Part shown: piece by piece, positions 19,850 through 29,303 of the stretch
Position numbering within the stretch: the first letter of the stretch is position 1
How the letters are laid out: the number at the start of each line of letters is the position of its first letter
Source of the DNA: Chthoniobacterales bacterium
GTDB taxonomy: Bacteria; Verrucomicrobiota; Verrucomicrobiia; Chthoniobacterales; Chthoniobacteraceae
Assembly: GCA_038207335.1 (NCBI GenBank)
Contig: JBBQZX010000001.1
Coordinates: 160,001 to 224,000 of the forward strand
Direction of reading: 5' to 3'
DNA: 64,000 nt
Program-made: the position numbers and the translations under genes
Notes under the pieces: model-generated
What the model was told of the DNA's origin: nothing
The model's database searches: none
The model's input: the letters and a program-made list of their open reading frames with translations, nothing else

Positions 19850-22800
19850 ATGGATAGCCGTCTCATTCCCGACAATTTTGGAGATTACGTAACGCTGCGC
19901 GATCAGGCGGGCGCGCCGATCATTTTGGGTTCGGGCGGGTTTGGCACGACGATTTGCGCGTCCCGATCCCGTCTGTTGGGCGGGGCTGAAATCCGGGACG
20001 ATTGCGCGATCAAAATCCTGCATCACCAGGCGATTCAGGATCCGAAGCGGCGCAGTCAGTTTGTTTCGGAGATCCTGGCGCTGCGCGATTTGGCGCATCC
20101 GAATCTGGTGCGATACGTCGATTGCGGCGAGCGGGATGGGCTGATTTATCTCGTGATGGAGCTGTGCCGCGGCGGCGATTTGGAGCGGTTTGTGACCGAT
20201 TGGGGGCCGTTCGGGGAGCGGGCTGCGCTGAGTTCGGTGCTTCAGGTTTCCGAGGGTTTGAAGGAAGCGCATCGCAAGAACTACCTCCACCGCGACCTGA
20301 AGCCGCGGAACGTTTTGCTGTTGGAGTCAGTGCCTCCCACTGCGAATTTGAATTGGTTCGAGAATGCGATTGTCGAGGGCAGGCTGTGTTTCAAAGTCGT
20401 CGATTTCGGGCTCGCGGGTCGCTTGGGCGGCGATGTGCGGACGAGCGGTTTTGCGGGGTCTCCGATGTTTTGCAGCCCAGAGCAGGTGCGTGAGCGGGAG
20501 CTCGATTTTCGAAGCGATATTTATTCGCTCGGGATGACGCTCTGGTACCTAGTCGCGGGCTGCGGTCCGTTGGTTCGCCCAGATGGGCGGCCTGTCGAGG
20601 ATTCGCGCGAGGCGATGAAGGCGCACACATCGCCGGTGCCCCACGACAATTCCTTCCCGAAGCGCCTTTCGCCGGAGTTCCGTGATGTGCTGAGCCGGAT
20701 GGTGCGGAAGTCTCCGGACGAGCGATTTTCCTCTCTGCAAGATCTCATCGTCGCCATCCGGCAGGTCTTGAGCGACCCCGGTTTGGTGCCGGATCTCGGT
20801 GCCCCGGTCGGCGACACTTCCTTAGAGCCCACCGAGCCTTCGCTCGTAGATCAACCGGAATGGGCGGCAGGGGAGTGCGACGATTTCTTTCTCGGTAGGA
20901 TGGAATGTGGCCGCCGATCGGTGGGAAAATTTTACCGCGCGACATCGTTTCAGACGAAACGCGCGGTGGGCTTGACCGCTTGGGTGCCCGGGATTTCGCC
21001 CGACGCGATGAGCGAGCATCAGCTCGCCGAGCATCTGCAGCGCATCAAACGCGTGACATCTTCCGCTCTTGCGCCGATGAGCCTGACGGCGATTTCGGAG
21101 GTGCGCCGCACGGCCGGGGAGTGGTGCGTGGCGGAGGAATGGCAGGATGGGGTGCCGCTGGAGGATTTGATCGCGCGCCGCGGGCGGTCCCTCTCCATCG
21201 AGGAAATCGCGCTCGTGCTGGCACCGGTCGCGGAGGCCGCAGATTTTTTGCTCCGGAATAAGATCGACACCGCGCTGTTGACGATCTCCGACATCCGGCT
21301 GTGCGGCGTCGGCTCGTCGACTGCGGATCGCGGGTGGCTGGAGCAGCCGGTGGAGCGTTGGGAGAATTTGAACGTGCAAGTCAGCGCGTTGACCATTCCG
21401 TCGGGGCTGGCAGGGCAGGCGATCGAGAGGGCACCCGTCGGAGGAACAATTGCGAGTTCATTTTCCGGGAGTGCTGATGCCTCCTACACGATCGGGAAAT
21501 CGTTCTGCCGGCTTTTTTATCGGATGGTGGAGGGCTCGGAAGTCGCCGGGGCGGCCGATTGGGATGAGTATTCCTATATTGAAGCGAACCGGTTAAGCGC
21601 GGCGTCGAATGTCCTCCTGCGCCGCGCCATCTGCGGAGCGGAGGAAGTCGAGTCCGTGAGCGGTTTGCTTCGCCGCATTTGTGCCAATGAGGGCGTTTAC
21701 CGGATTTCGAGCACGGTGACGACACGGGTCGGTCGCACTAGCACCACGTCCGACACCAGAGAATCGACGGCATCACAGTCCGAAAAGCTAGAGCCCATGC
21801 CGCCGCGCGCATCGGTTCGTCCGCCCGAGCCCGTCGCGCCCGTGGTGTCGCAGGTTATACCGCCGATCCGGGTTTCCAATCCTGGGGTTTCCGTGCAAAA
21901 GAGCGCGCCGATCGCACCGGCACCGTCGGTGGTCAACGCGTCGATCTCGCTGCCACCCGAAATCTCGCGGACGCGGCCCACGATCGCGGGCCCGACCATG
22001 ACGATGGAGCTCGAGGTGGCGCGACTCGTGCCAGGCCTGGCCGGAATGGTCCGCAGCCCGTACGGCGAGCGGCGGGAGCAGCGTGTGAGCGGCCCAAACT
22101 GGCGCGGCGACGCGCGGATTTATTGTGAAGAGACGAGCCGACTCTTTAAACTGCCGCGCGTCCTGCCTCCGCTTGAGGCGGAGTTAATCGAAGGCCGCTA
22201 CGACGCCGTTATCTCGCCCTACGTCGAGCCGCGCCGTGAGGTTCCGGTTCCCCTCGGTCGATGGAAGCCCGAGGAGGAAATCACGTGCGGCTCCACGGGT
22301 CTGCCGATTCTTCTCCCGAGCGAGCTGCCGGCCGCATTGGGCAGCCTGATCTCCGGGAAACCCGGCTTCGCGCGCTCTCCGTACGGTGCGCAGCGCGAAA
22401 CGGCGATCCCACCCGAAGAATGGCGTCCGAACCAACGGGTCACGTGCGCAGAGTCGGCCCAGACGTTCTTTTTGCCAGCGGCACTCCCCGCGCTGCACGC
22501 GATCCCGACCGAAGTGCCCGGCTGCTTCACCTCGCCGTATGCGCCGGAGGAGCGCTTCACGCTTCAGCCGCACGAGTGCGTCGCCGGGTTCGAGTTCGAG
22601 TGCCCATCGACCGAGAAGCCGCTGATGGTATCGACGAATTTGCCAGCGGCATGGAAGTTTGAAGGCCGTGTGAGGCAGGGCGCGGTACCGGAGGCTCAAA
22701 GCCCTTTCACCGCTGCTTCCGAGCCCGACCGCTGGCAAGCGCTGGCGGCCGCACAGTGGAAGCCGGAGGCCGTGATTCGCTGCGCAGTGACGGGGAAGGA

Positions 22801-25800
22801 GTTCGTCCTCCCGGGAGAGCTACCCGCGCTGTCGGTGAAAATCGCGCCATCGGCACCCGCTGTCCTTTCCCCGTTTGCGCCGCACGACCGCATCCCCGTC
22901 GCCGCGCTGGAATGGCAGGCCGGCGCGAAAATCACGCTTCAGCTTCCGGGAGGCGTTTCCTGCCAGGGGACTCTCCCCGAGGGCGATCTGCCGCCCGTCC
23001 CGGCGATCGCGGGAGAACTCGCCGGCACGTTCGATTCCCCGTTTTGCCCCGGCAAACATTTCTCGCTCGCGCCTTGGGATTGCATCCCGGATGCCGCGTT
23101 CCCGTGCCCTTTTACCCGAAGGCCGCTGGTGCTGCCGAGTGTGATGCCCTCAGACTGGAAGTGGGAGGCAGTGCTTCGGCAAAGATCCGTGCCCGAGGCG
23201 CGCTCCCCTTTTATCCCAGAAAGTGACGCCGCTGAGACCGATTCGCCGGATCAGTCGCTCGCCGAGACGCAGGTGGAAACAAGCGACGACTGGCAACCGA
23301 TCGCCGCGTCGGAATGGAAGCCCGGCCTGGCGATCCGCTGCCGCGCGACGGGCCGGCAATTTTATCTCCCTGCCGAGTTGCCAGTTCTGCACGTTGAGCA
23401 GGGGCCGGTGGCACCGAGCATCCTTTCGCCCTTCCGCCCGCACGAGATCATCGCTATTCCGCCGGCTTCGTGGAGGCGCACCGTGGCGGTGCAAGTCCGG
23501 CTTCCCTCCGGCGTGCCGTGCCGAGTCGTGCTGCCTGACGACGTCCTTCCGCTCGGCCGCGCCGAACTCGCCGACCTGCCGCTGCTGCCGCTCGGCTTCG
23601 ACCCGCAATTGCGCGCGCGCCGCGGTGCCATCCGCAGCCCGCACGGCGAGAAAACGTGGGTCGATGTCGCCAACAAAGACTGGCTGCCCGGCGCGCGGCT
23701 GATTTGCCCCACCACCCAGCAGCCTTTTTGGCTCCCTGCGGAATTGCCACCTCTCGAGGCCCGCATCGGGTCGGCCTCCGGCTCCGTCTGGTCGCCCTAC
23801 ACGGATACCGCCGTGCAGATTCCCGCGAACCGCTGGAATCCCGGCGAGGCGATCCGCTGTGCGGAAACGGGCGGATGGTTCGTCCTGCCAGCGGAACTCC
23901 CACTTCTGATCGGTCGCACTGATGAGCGGCAGCCCGGCATGGTGGAATCACCATTCGCACCGGGTGAATTTTTTCGCGCCCCAGTGGACGCGTGGCGTCC
24001 GGGCAATGCGATCTTGTGTCCCCAGAGCAAACGCAAATTTGCGCTCCCGGCGGAACTCCCGGAGTGGCTCGCCGACGTGGAGGTCGTTGCGCCCGCGCTC
24101 GGGATGGTGCGCAGCCCGTACGGCGCGCGCGTCGCATTCAAAGTTCCGGGCGAACAGTGGGCCGCTGGCGGCATCATCAACTGCGCGCAAACCACTCAAC
24201 GCGCCCGGTTGCCCGACGATCTGCCGCCGATGGACGCCGTCGTCGTGGAGTCAACCCCCGGCGTCATCCAGACCCCTTACACAGAGCGCGCCTCCGGGCA
24301 GAAAATCAGCCGCAGTGAATGGAAGGCAGGTCGTACTATCCGATGCGCCGCCACCGGGCGCCCCCTGCGCCTCCCGGATACTCTTCCCGCGCTAAACGAA
24401 GTCACATTCCCAACACGCACAATCCTGACCGCTAGCGCTGTTGCGCTCGCCGTGCTTGGCCTCGTCGCCGGTGGCTACAAATATCTTCACGGCAAAGGCG
24501 GACAGCCGCTGACGTTGTTGCCGGATGGAGCCACGCCGAAGCCTGGGAAATTAAAGGAGTGGCCAAAGACATTCACGTTTCTCGATGGGATTCGTCCCCC
24601 ACCCGCAACGGTCGCTCTGGTGGCGGATAACGTTGCGAGTTGGGACGTCAAGCCACACATGCAGGGGGTCACCGTTGAGTTCGCTCTCGATGAGCCGATG
24701 GCCGACAAGCGCTTCTTAAGGGCCAATGCGCTCTCGCTCGTTCTTGCGAAGCCCGGATACGTTCCCAAAACGGTTGCGATCAAACGTGGAGAGAGCGTCA
24801 TTCCAGAAATGGTGCCTCTCGTCCGCGAGACCGGCGCGGTATCTGCGACCTCGGTGGTTCCGCCGGCACCATTCTACAGTGCTGCCCGGCTCACCATGGT
24901 CGCAATGCCCGACGACACGCCTGCCGACGAGACGAAACCGTACGAATTGCCACTCGGACCGGGTGAAAGCGTCGTAGTGAAAACCGGGCGCTACAGGGTC
25001 GAACTAGTCGGCCCAAAAAATTCGGGCGGAGTCACGGTGTCCGATCGAAAGCTGGTCGAGATCATGGTGAAGGCAAGTCCGGAATCCCGCATCACGATAC
25101 CACGCTTCGATATCCCCAAAGTGCTATCCGGCTACACGACCGTGACGTGGGAAAACTTTCAGTCTTACATCTTCCGGTCTCTAGACGCGCCCAAGGTCGC
25201 GGGGACCTTGGAATTTTGCAACTTCAACACGTGGAGTGCTTTCCTGCTACGGTTTGACCCTGATTTTACCAAGGGCGAACTCTACGAGACCAATGGTTGC
25301 GTCTCTTCCGCCCTCATCGTTGGTGCCTTGAATAACTTGATCGCCAAGCCGCCCGACAAGGAAAAGGATTTGGCGACCGCAAAAGCCAAGGAGCTGCTCG
25401 AGGCGATCAACTTGCCTGCCAGCGCGGAGGGTGCGCAATCCAATATCGATAAGGCGCTTAGCGCTTTCACGGCGCTGCGCGCCCTCGATCAGAAAAATTC
25501 TGGCCCCTCACTCGCGCCTCTGCGCTCACTCTGCAGCACCTACGCGGAACTCATGGCCGCAACAAAAACAACGAGTGGAACGCCGACGGTGGCTTGGCAA
25601 CATCTAATGAAGGCCTGCATTTTTGGGGGCGCTGTGTCCGATGCTGAACTGGCCGAACTGTCGAAGCCGCTCCCGGATGGCGCTCGTGGCTATTTGGTGA
25701 GGAGTCCGTTCAAGGTGATTCAATGCCTCGAGAATGGTGATATTAGACTCAGCATCCAGCGTCATCGGTTCGAAGACGACAAAGTAGCTTTCGTCGAATG

Positions 25801-25912
25801 GAGCCCCGTCCTGCACCTCGAACGCATTCCTTCCGGCGGGCTGAAGTGGAAGCCTTTGGAAAAGTGGAACGATGCGGTGCGTGAGTTTCATTTCGTAGTG
25901 GGGACGCAATAA
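19850..25912 (+). CDS. Giant Hanks-type Ser/Thr kinase: kinase + pseudokinase + Pro-rich linker + 14 Cys-containing repeats + TM helix + extracytoplasmic domain
   Basis: LGSGGFG, CAIKIL, HPNLV, HRDLKPRN, VDFG, GSPMFCSPEQ, SDIYSLG; TM ILTASAVALAVLGLVAGGY at about 24422-24480. Confidence 0.9.
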   Translation: MDSRLIPDNFGDYVTLRDQAGAPIILGSGGFGTTICASRSRLLGGAEIRDDCAIKILHHQAIQDPKRRSQFVSEILALRDLAHPNLVRYVDCGERDGLIYLVMELCRGGDLERFVTDWGPFGERAALSSVLQVSEGLKEAHRKNYLHRDLKPRNVLLLESVPPTANLNWFENAIVEGRLCFKVVDFGLAGRLGGDVRTSGFAGSPMFCSPEQVRERELDFRSDIYSLGMTLWYLVAGCGPLVRPDGRPVEDSREAMKAHTSPVPHDNSFPKRLSPEFRDVLSRMVRKSPDERFSSLQDLIVAIRQVLSDPGLVPDLGAPVGDTSLEPTEPSLVDQPEWAAGECDDFFLGRMECGRRSVGKFYRATSFQTKRAVGLTAWVPGISPDAMSEHQLAEHLQRIKRVTSSALAPMSLTAISEVRRTAGEWCVAEEWQDGVPLEDLIARRGRSLSIEEIALVLAPVAEAADFLLRNKIDTALLTISDIRLCGVGSSTADRGWLEQPVERWENLNVQVSALTIPSGLAGQAIERAPVGGTIASSFSGSADASYTIGKSFCRLFYRMVEGSEVAGAADWDEYSYIEANRLSAASNVLLRRAICGAEEVESVSGLLRRICANEGVYRISSTVTTRVGRTSTTSDTRESTASQSEKLEPMPPRASVRPPEPVAPVVSQVIPPIRVSNPGVSVQKSAPIAPAPSVVNASISLPPEISRTRPTIAGPTMTMELEVARLVPGLAGMVRSPYGERREQRVSGPNWRGDARIYCEETSRLFKLPRVLPPLEAELIEGRYDAVISPYVEPRREVPVPLGRWKPEEEITCGSTGLPILLPSELPAALGSLISGKPGFARSPYGAQRETAIPPEEWRPNQRVTCAESAQTFFLPAALPALHAIPTEVPGCFTSPYAPEERFTLQPHECVAGFEFECPSTEKPLMVSTNLPAAWKFEGRVRQGAVPEAQSPFTAASEPDRWQALAAAQWKPEAVIRCAVTGKEFVLPGELPALSVKIAPSAPAVLSPFAPHDRIPVAALEWQAGAKITLQLPGGVSCQGTLPEGDLPPVPAIAGELAGTFDSPFCPGKHFSLAPWDCIPDAAFPCPFTRRPLVLPSVMPSDWKWEAVLRQRSVPEARSPFIPESDAAETDSPDQSLAETQVETSDDWQPIAASEWKPGLAIRCRATGRQFYLPAELPVLHVEQGPVAPSILSPFRPHEIIAIPPASWRRTVAVQVRLPSGVPCRVVLPDDVLPLGRAELADLPLLPLGFDPQLRARRGAIRSPHGEKTWVDVANKDWLPGARLICPTTQQPFWLPAELPPLEARIGSASGSVWSPYTDTAVQIPANRWNPGEAIRCAETGGWFVLPAELPLLIGRTDERQPGMVESPFAPGEFFRAPVDAWRPGNAILCPQSKRKFALPAELPEWLADVEVVAPALGMVRSPYGARVAFKVPGEQWAAGGIINCAQTTQRARLPDDLPPMDAVVVESTPGVIQTPYTERASGQKISRSEWKAGRTIRCAATGRPLRLPDTLPALNEVTFPTRTILTASAVALAVLGLVAGGYKYLHGKGGQPLTLLPDGATPKPGKLKEWPKTFTFLDGIRPPPATVALVADNVASWDVKPHMQGVTVEFALDEPMADKRFLRANALSLVLAKPGYVPKTVAIKRGESVIPEMVPLVRETGAVSATSVVPPAPFYSAARLTMVAMPDDTPADETKPYELPLGPGESVVVKTGRYRVELVGPKNSGGVTVSDRKLVEIMVKASPESRITIPRFDIPKVLSGYTTVTWENFQSYIFRSLDAPKVAGTLEFCNFNTWSAFLLRFDPDFTKGELYETNGCVSSALIVGALNNLIAKPPDKEKDLATAKAKELLEAINLPASAEGAQSNIDKALSAFTALRALDQKNSGPSLAPLRSLCSTYAELMAATKTTSGTPTVAWQHLMKACIFGGAVSDAELAELSKPLPDGARGYLVRSPFKVIQCLENGDIRLSIQRHRFEDDKVAFVEWSPVLHLERIPSGGLKWKPLEKWNDAVREFHFVVGTQ
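22019..24397 (+). repeat. 14 degenerate ~51-57 aa protein repeats (two with insertions) inside the kinase
   Basis: Recurrent SP[YFH]...W.[PA]G..I.C..TG..F.LP.ELP in the translation. Confidence 0.9.
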
Positions 25913-26377
25913 TCCGAAATCTTGTGGCTTGGACTCGCAAGGCCGCAAACTCGCAAAGGAGGCACGACTCCTCATGGAAGTGCCGCAGCATGCCGCCCGT
26001 GCGCGGAACCAAGGTCCCCGGCCCGGTCCGCCAACGCCCGTAGCAGGCTTGCGGCTTCCGCGGCGATAGAGAGGTGCAGTGAAAGTCCACATGCCGTTGG
26101 GAATTCTATCCGTCTGCGTGGCTTTCGGTAACGTTCGGTGGACGCCGCTGGAGCTCGACCACCTCTATCCGGCTAGTGCCGCTGCGTGATGAGCGGCGGG
26201 GCCTCTTCGACCGAACAATTCGCGAGAATAGCCAATGCTCCCGGTCGAATCGTCCCATGGTCAACCTATCCAATGTAACCTGCTGTCTCCGTGGCGCTTT
26301 CGGCTTGTGCAACACCCCCTGCGCGTAAACGCCGAAATCCGATGTACTCAAAAAAAATCGGGCCGGTGTTTTTTTGG

Positions 26378-26406
26378 TTGACGCTCTCTTACCACGTGAG
26401 TACCGA
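26378..26406 (+). promoter_or_regulatory. Possible sigma70-like promoter
   Basis: TTGACG-17 nt-TACCGA, 9 nt before ATG 26416 and preceded by an A8...T7 inverted repeat. Confidence 0.35.
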
Positions 26407-26415
26407 GTGCGCCCC

Positions 26416-29094
26416 ATGCCTAAGCCCAACAAATCCGTAAAGTTCAGGAACGCGGGAACAGCCCGATTTGTTTGCAACGGCCGGATTGACGCCTTCTTGA
26501 AAGCAACGCCCGCCATTGTCGCATTTTGTCTTGTATCGACTGACTCTCGAGCGGCGACGCTGCTTTCAAGCGACCAATTGGGCGGTGTGGCGGGGTCCGT
26601 TCCAAGTGCGCCACCGGCGATGGTAGATAACGGCGGCGGTCGTATCGTGAGTGCCACTCAGCCGCTCGGAGCAGGGAGCGTGAGCGCTGGCGCACCGGCC
26701 TCGACCGCGGCAAATGTGAGCCAGTCGAGCGGCTACTCCGGTCGTTCCTCAGATAACCAGGAGTCAACCCGCCGGGTCCGTGAAAGCGGTGGCGGCGGAG
26801 GTGGCCGCACCCAGACCCGCTCGCGCGCCAACCACGAAGATCAGGAGTCCCGCGAACCGCGCGGAGGCGGACGAGTCGGCTCGCAGACCGCGGAAGCACC
26901 TGCCTCCGAGGGCAAAACGGAAGTCACTGTCACCACCGCGCGCTCTCCTTGGAGCGCGCAGTTCGGTGCAGGATACTACACCGCATACCAATCGTTCCGC
27001 GGTGTCAATATTCTCGATTCCGCTTCTGCCGACAAAGGCGGCGGAGTCGTCACCGGCTCTGCCAAAGTGGGCTATGCGCGCACTAACGACGCATTCACGA
27101 TCGGCTTCAACTATTGGCAGGCTCTCACGCGGCAGACGCCAGAGGGGGGGCAATTCAACGTGCCTCCAAATAGCAATCGCAAAACCCAACAGAATTTCAG
27201 CCTCCCGTCAAAGGACCGTTACGCTGAGTATAACCTCAACCTAGCCTACACGCGCAACTTCTTCGACGGTAAAGTTGTGGGGACACTCGGATACAACCAC
27301 TTCCATTTCTCGAATAAGCAGTATTACGATTCAGATCAATCGCCCATCGGCTACGCGAACGAAATCACACTGGGCTTTGCCTACACGCCGATCCCGCACA
27401 TCCAGCCTTCCATCTTCTGGGCGCATGACTTCGACGGTTTCAAAGGCGACTACGTCGAACTCCGCGTGGACGGCGCATATCAACTCCCTGCGATCCGCGG
27501 TTTTTCGGTCGGCCTGCGCCCATACGCAGCATTGTCTTACGACTTCAAATACAATGGAAGCGACAATGGATGGAACGCTTTCGAGGTCGGCCTCAGCGTT
27601 CCAGTTCGCGTGACGAGTTTCCTGACAGTGAGCCCGACCGTGAATTACGTGTTGGCACTTGAAGATTCGAACGGCGGCCCGCGCGCCAGCGACGGCTTGT
27701 GGGGCGGCATTCGGGTGACGGTGGATTGGGCAGGTGATCCGCCGAAACCAGCGCTGCCGGGATCATCCGCAAAAGAAGCCAAAATCGTCCTCGCAGAACC
27801 TGGCGAACATCCGTGGGAAATCTCGGTAGGAGCCGGCTGGCGTCAAGTCAACTACAGCTTCGATCACCACTCGCTGTCGCCATTCCCCACGAAGAGTTTG
27901 TTTCGTGCAAGCAAGAACGACGGTGAGCTCGGGTTTGCCACAGCGGGTCGAGTGCAAACTTACGATAATGGCGCTATCGACGCTCGCACTCCGGCTGTAA
28001 ATCCGGCTCGCAATGTCGCTGTGCCGGGCACAGCAGCTTTCAGTGTGGACAATCAATCTCAATTGTTTGGATCGCAGGTCCGTTTTAAGAGCGATCGGTT
28101 TTCTCAGGCGGAAAGTCATTCAGCAGTTAACTCAAACTACGACGATCAAGACTCGGTTGTTAGTCCATATATAGATATGGATCGGGAGGTTTGGCGCTCT
28201 GGTCAATTTAGTGCCCGCGTTGGCCTCTTGTATTCCTTTACGGCTTCGGAGGGGGACAGTGGCTACCGACTCGGTCGGCTGGATCAGTTGAAGCAGCGAA
28301 CAGATACGAGTGGATTTGTGTATTCAGTTGATTCTTTCGCTTCCAACTCGAGCGGAGCGCAGGTGCAAAATCTTGTTGTAAGTCCCAGTGCCTACACATC
28401 GTTCTTTACGACAGCCGGGCTCACTATCCAAGGAGATTTCACGCCCCAAGCAGAATCCTCGAGTCGGGTTCAAGAAGTTGTTCTAGTTGGAACATTTGTT
28501 CGTTCAAATTTAGAATTGTATTCGCACGATTTAGCTATTCCTCTTAGCGCGCGCTTTGACTTCGGAAATCGACTGCACGCTGAAGTCACCGTGGCTCCGA
28601 CGATCACTTTTGCAAACGCGGAAATCTCAACTGATGTCGAGAGCCGAGCGTTTTCCAGTCTTACTACTGGAAAGGTGGGTATCCAGTCTCAAGCCGTAAT
28701 GCGATCTGCGCCCACGCTCAGTGGCCCCGCTGGCCGATCATCACCAGTTCCTTCGAGCCCTAACGCTCCCGCTCCGACGTCAACTTCTAAGCCGCCTTCA
28801 GTAGCAACTAGTCCTTCCCCTGGCGGAGGAAAGTCTGCAAAACCCAAATCACCCGACTATCCTGGCACTGTAGTGGCGCGGAGTCGGTTTAAGGAATCTT
28901 CGACTGAGGTTTTGTTTGGGGTGAGTTTGGGTGGGTCGTTGATTTTGGATTTGAATGAAGATCGGACGTTTTACGCCGAGATTTGGGGGCGGTATCACTG
29001 GGTGCAGGATTTTTCGATCAGCAATGGATTTGCGAGTTCGAATGTCGATCTGAGCAGTTTCCAAATGGGCGTCGGCGTTGGATATCGCTTTTAA
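26416..29094 (+). CDS. Outer-membrane beta-barrel protein with apparently two barrel domains
   Basis: Alternating aromatic/Gly strands (EYNLNLAYT, ITLGFAY, FEVGLSVP; second set WEISVGAGW, FGVSLGGSL) and terminal GVGVGYRF. Start uncertain (ATG 26416 or TTG 26497). Confidence 0.75.
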   Translation: MPKPNKSVKFRNAGTARFVCNGRIDAFLKATPAIVAFCLVSTDSRAATLLSSDQLGGVAGSVPSAPPAMVDNGGGRIVSATQPLGAGSVSAGAPASTAANVSQSSGYSGRSSDNQESTRRVRESGGGGGGRTQTRSRANHEDQESREPRGGGRVGSQTAEAPASEGKTEVTVTTARSPWSAQFGAGYYTAYQSFRGVNILDSASADKGGGVVTGSAKVGYARTNDAFTIGFNYWQALTRQTPEGGQFNVPPNSNRKTQQNFSLPSKDRYAEYNLNLAYTRNFFDGKVVGTLGYNHFHFSNKQYYDSDQSPIGYANEITLGFAYTPIPHIQPSIFWAHDFDGFKGDYVELRVDGAYQLPAIRGFSVGLRPYAALSYDFKYNGSDNGWNAFEVGLSVPVRVTSFLTVSPTVNYVLALEDSNGGPRASDGLWGGIRVTVDWAGDPPKPALPGSSAKEAKIVLAEPGEHPWEISVGAGWRQVNYSFDHHSLSPFPTKSLFRASKNDGELGFATAGRVQTYDNGAIDARTPAVNPARNVAVPGTAAFSVDNQSQLFGSQVRFKSDRFSQAESHSAVNSNYDDQDSVVSPYIDMDREVWRSGQFSARVGLLYSFTASEGDSGYRLGRLDQLKQRTDTSGFVYSVDSFASNSSGAQVQNLVVSPSAYTSFFTTAGLTIQGDFTPQAESSSRVQEVVLVGTFVRSNLELYSHDLAIPLSARFDFGNRLHAEVTVAPTITFANAEISTDVESRAFSSLTTGKVGIQSQAVMRSAPTLSGPAGRSSPVPSSPNAPAPTSTSKPPSVATSPSPGGGKSAKPKSPDYPGTVVARSRFKESSTEVLFGVSLGGSLILDLNEDRTFYAEIWGRYHWVQDFSISNGFASSNVDLSSFQMGVGVGYRF

Positions 29095-29303
29095 CCTCCT
29101 TCGTTCAGTTCATATGATTCGCCCGACGGTGTTGGTAGAGATTTTGAGGCACGCTATACTTCGCTTGCGTCCGTCGCGACTGCCTGCGTGTTGAACTTAC
29201 TCGCTCGTGAAAAATCTCCGATTCCGATCGCGGCTCTTGTGAAAATGTCGCTGGCTCGCTGAATCGAGAGGCGAATCGTTTGACTCTTTCCGATGGTAGC
29301 AAA

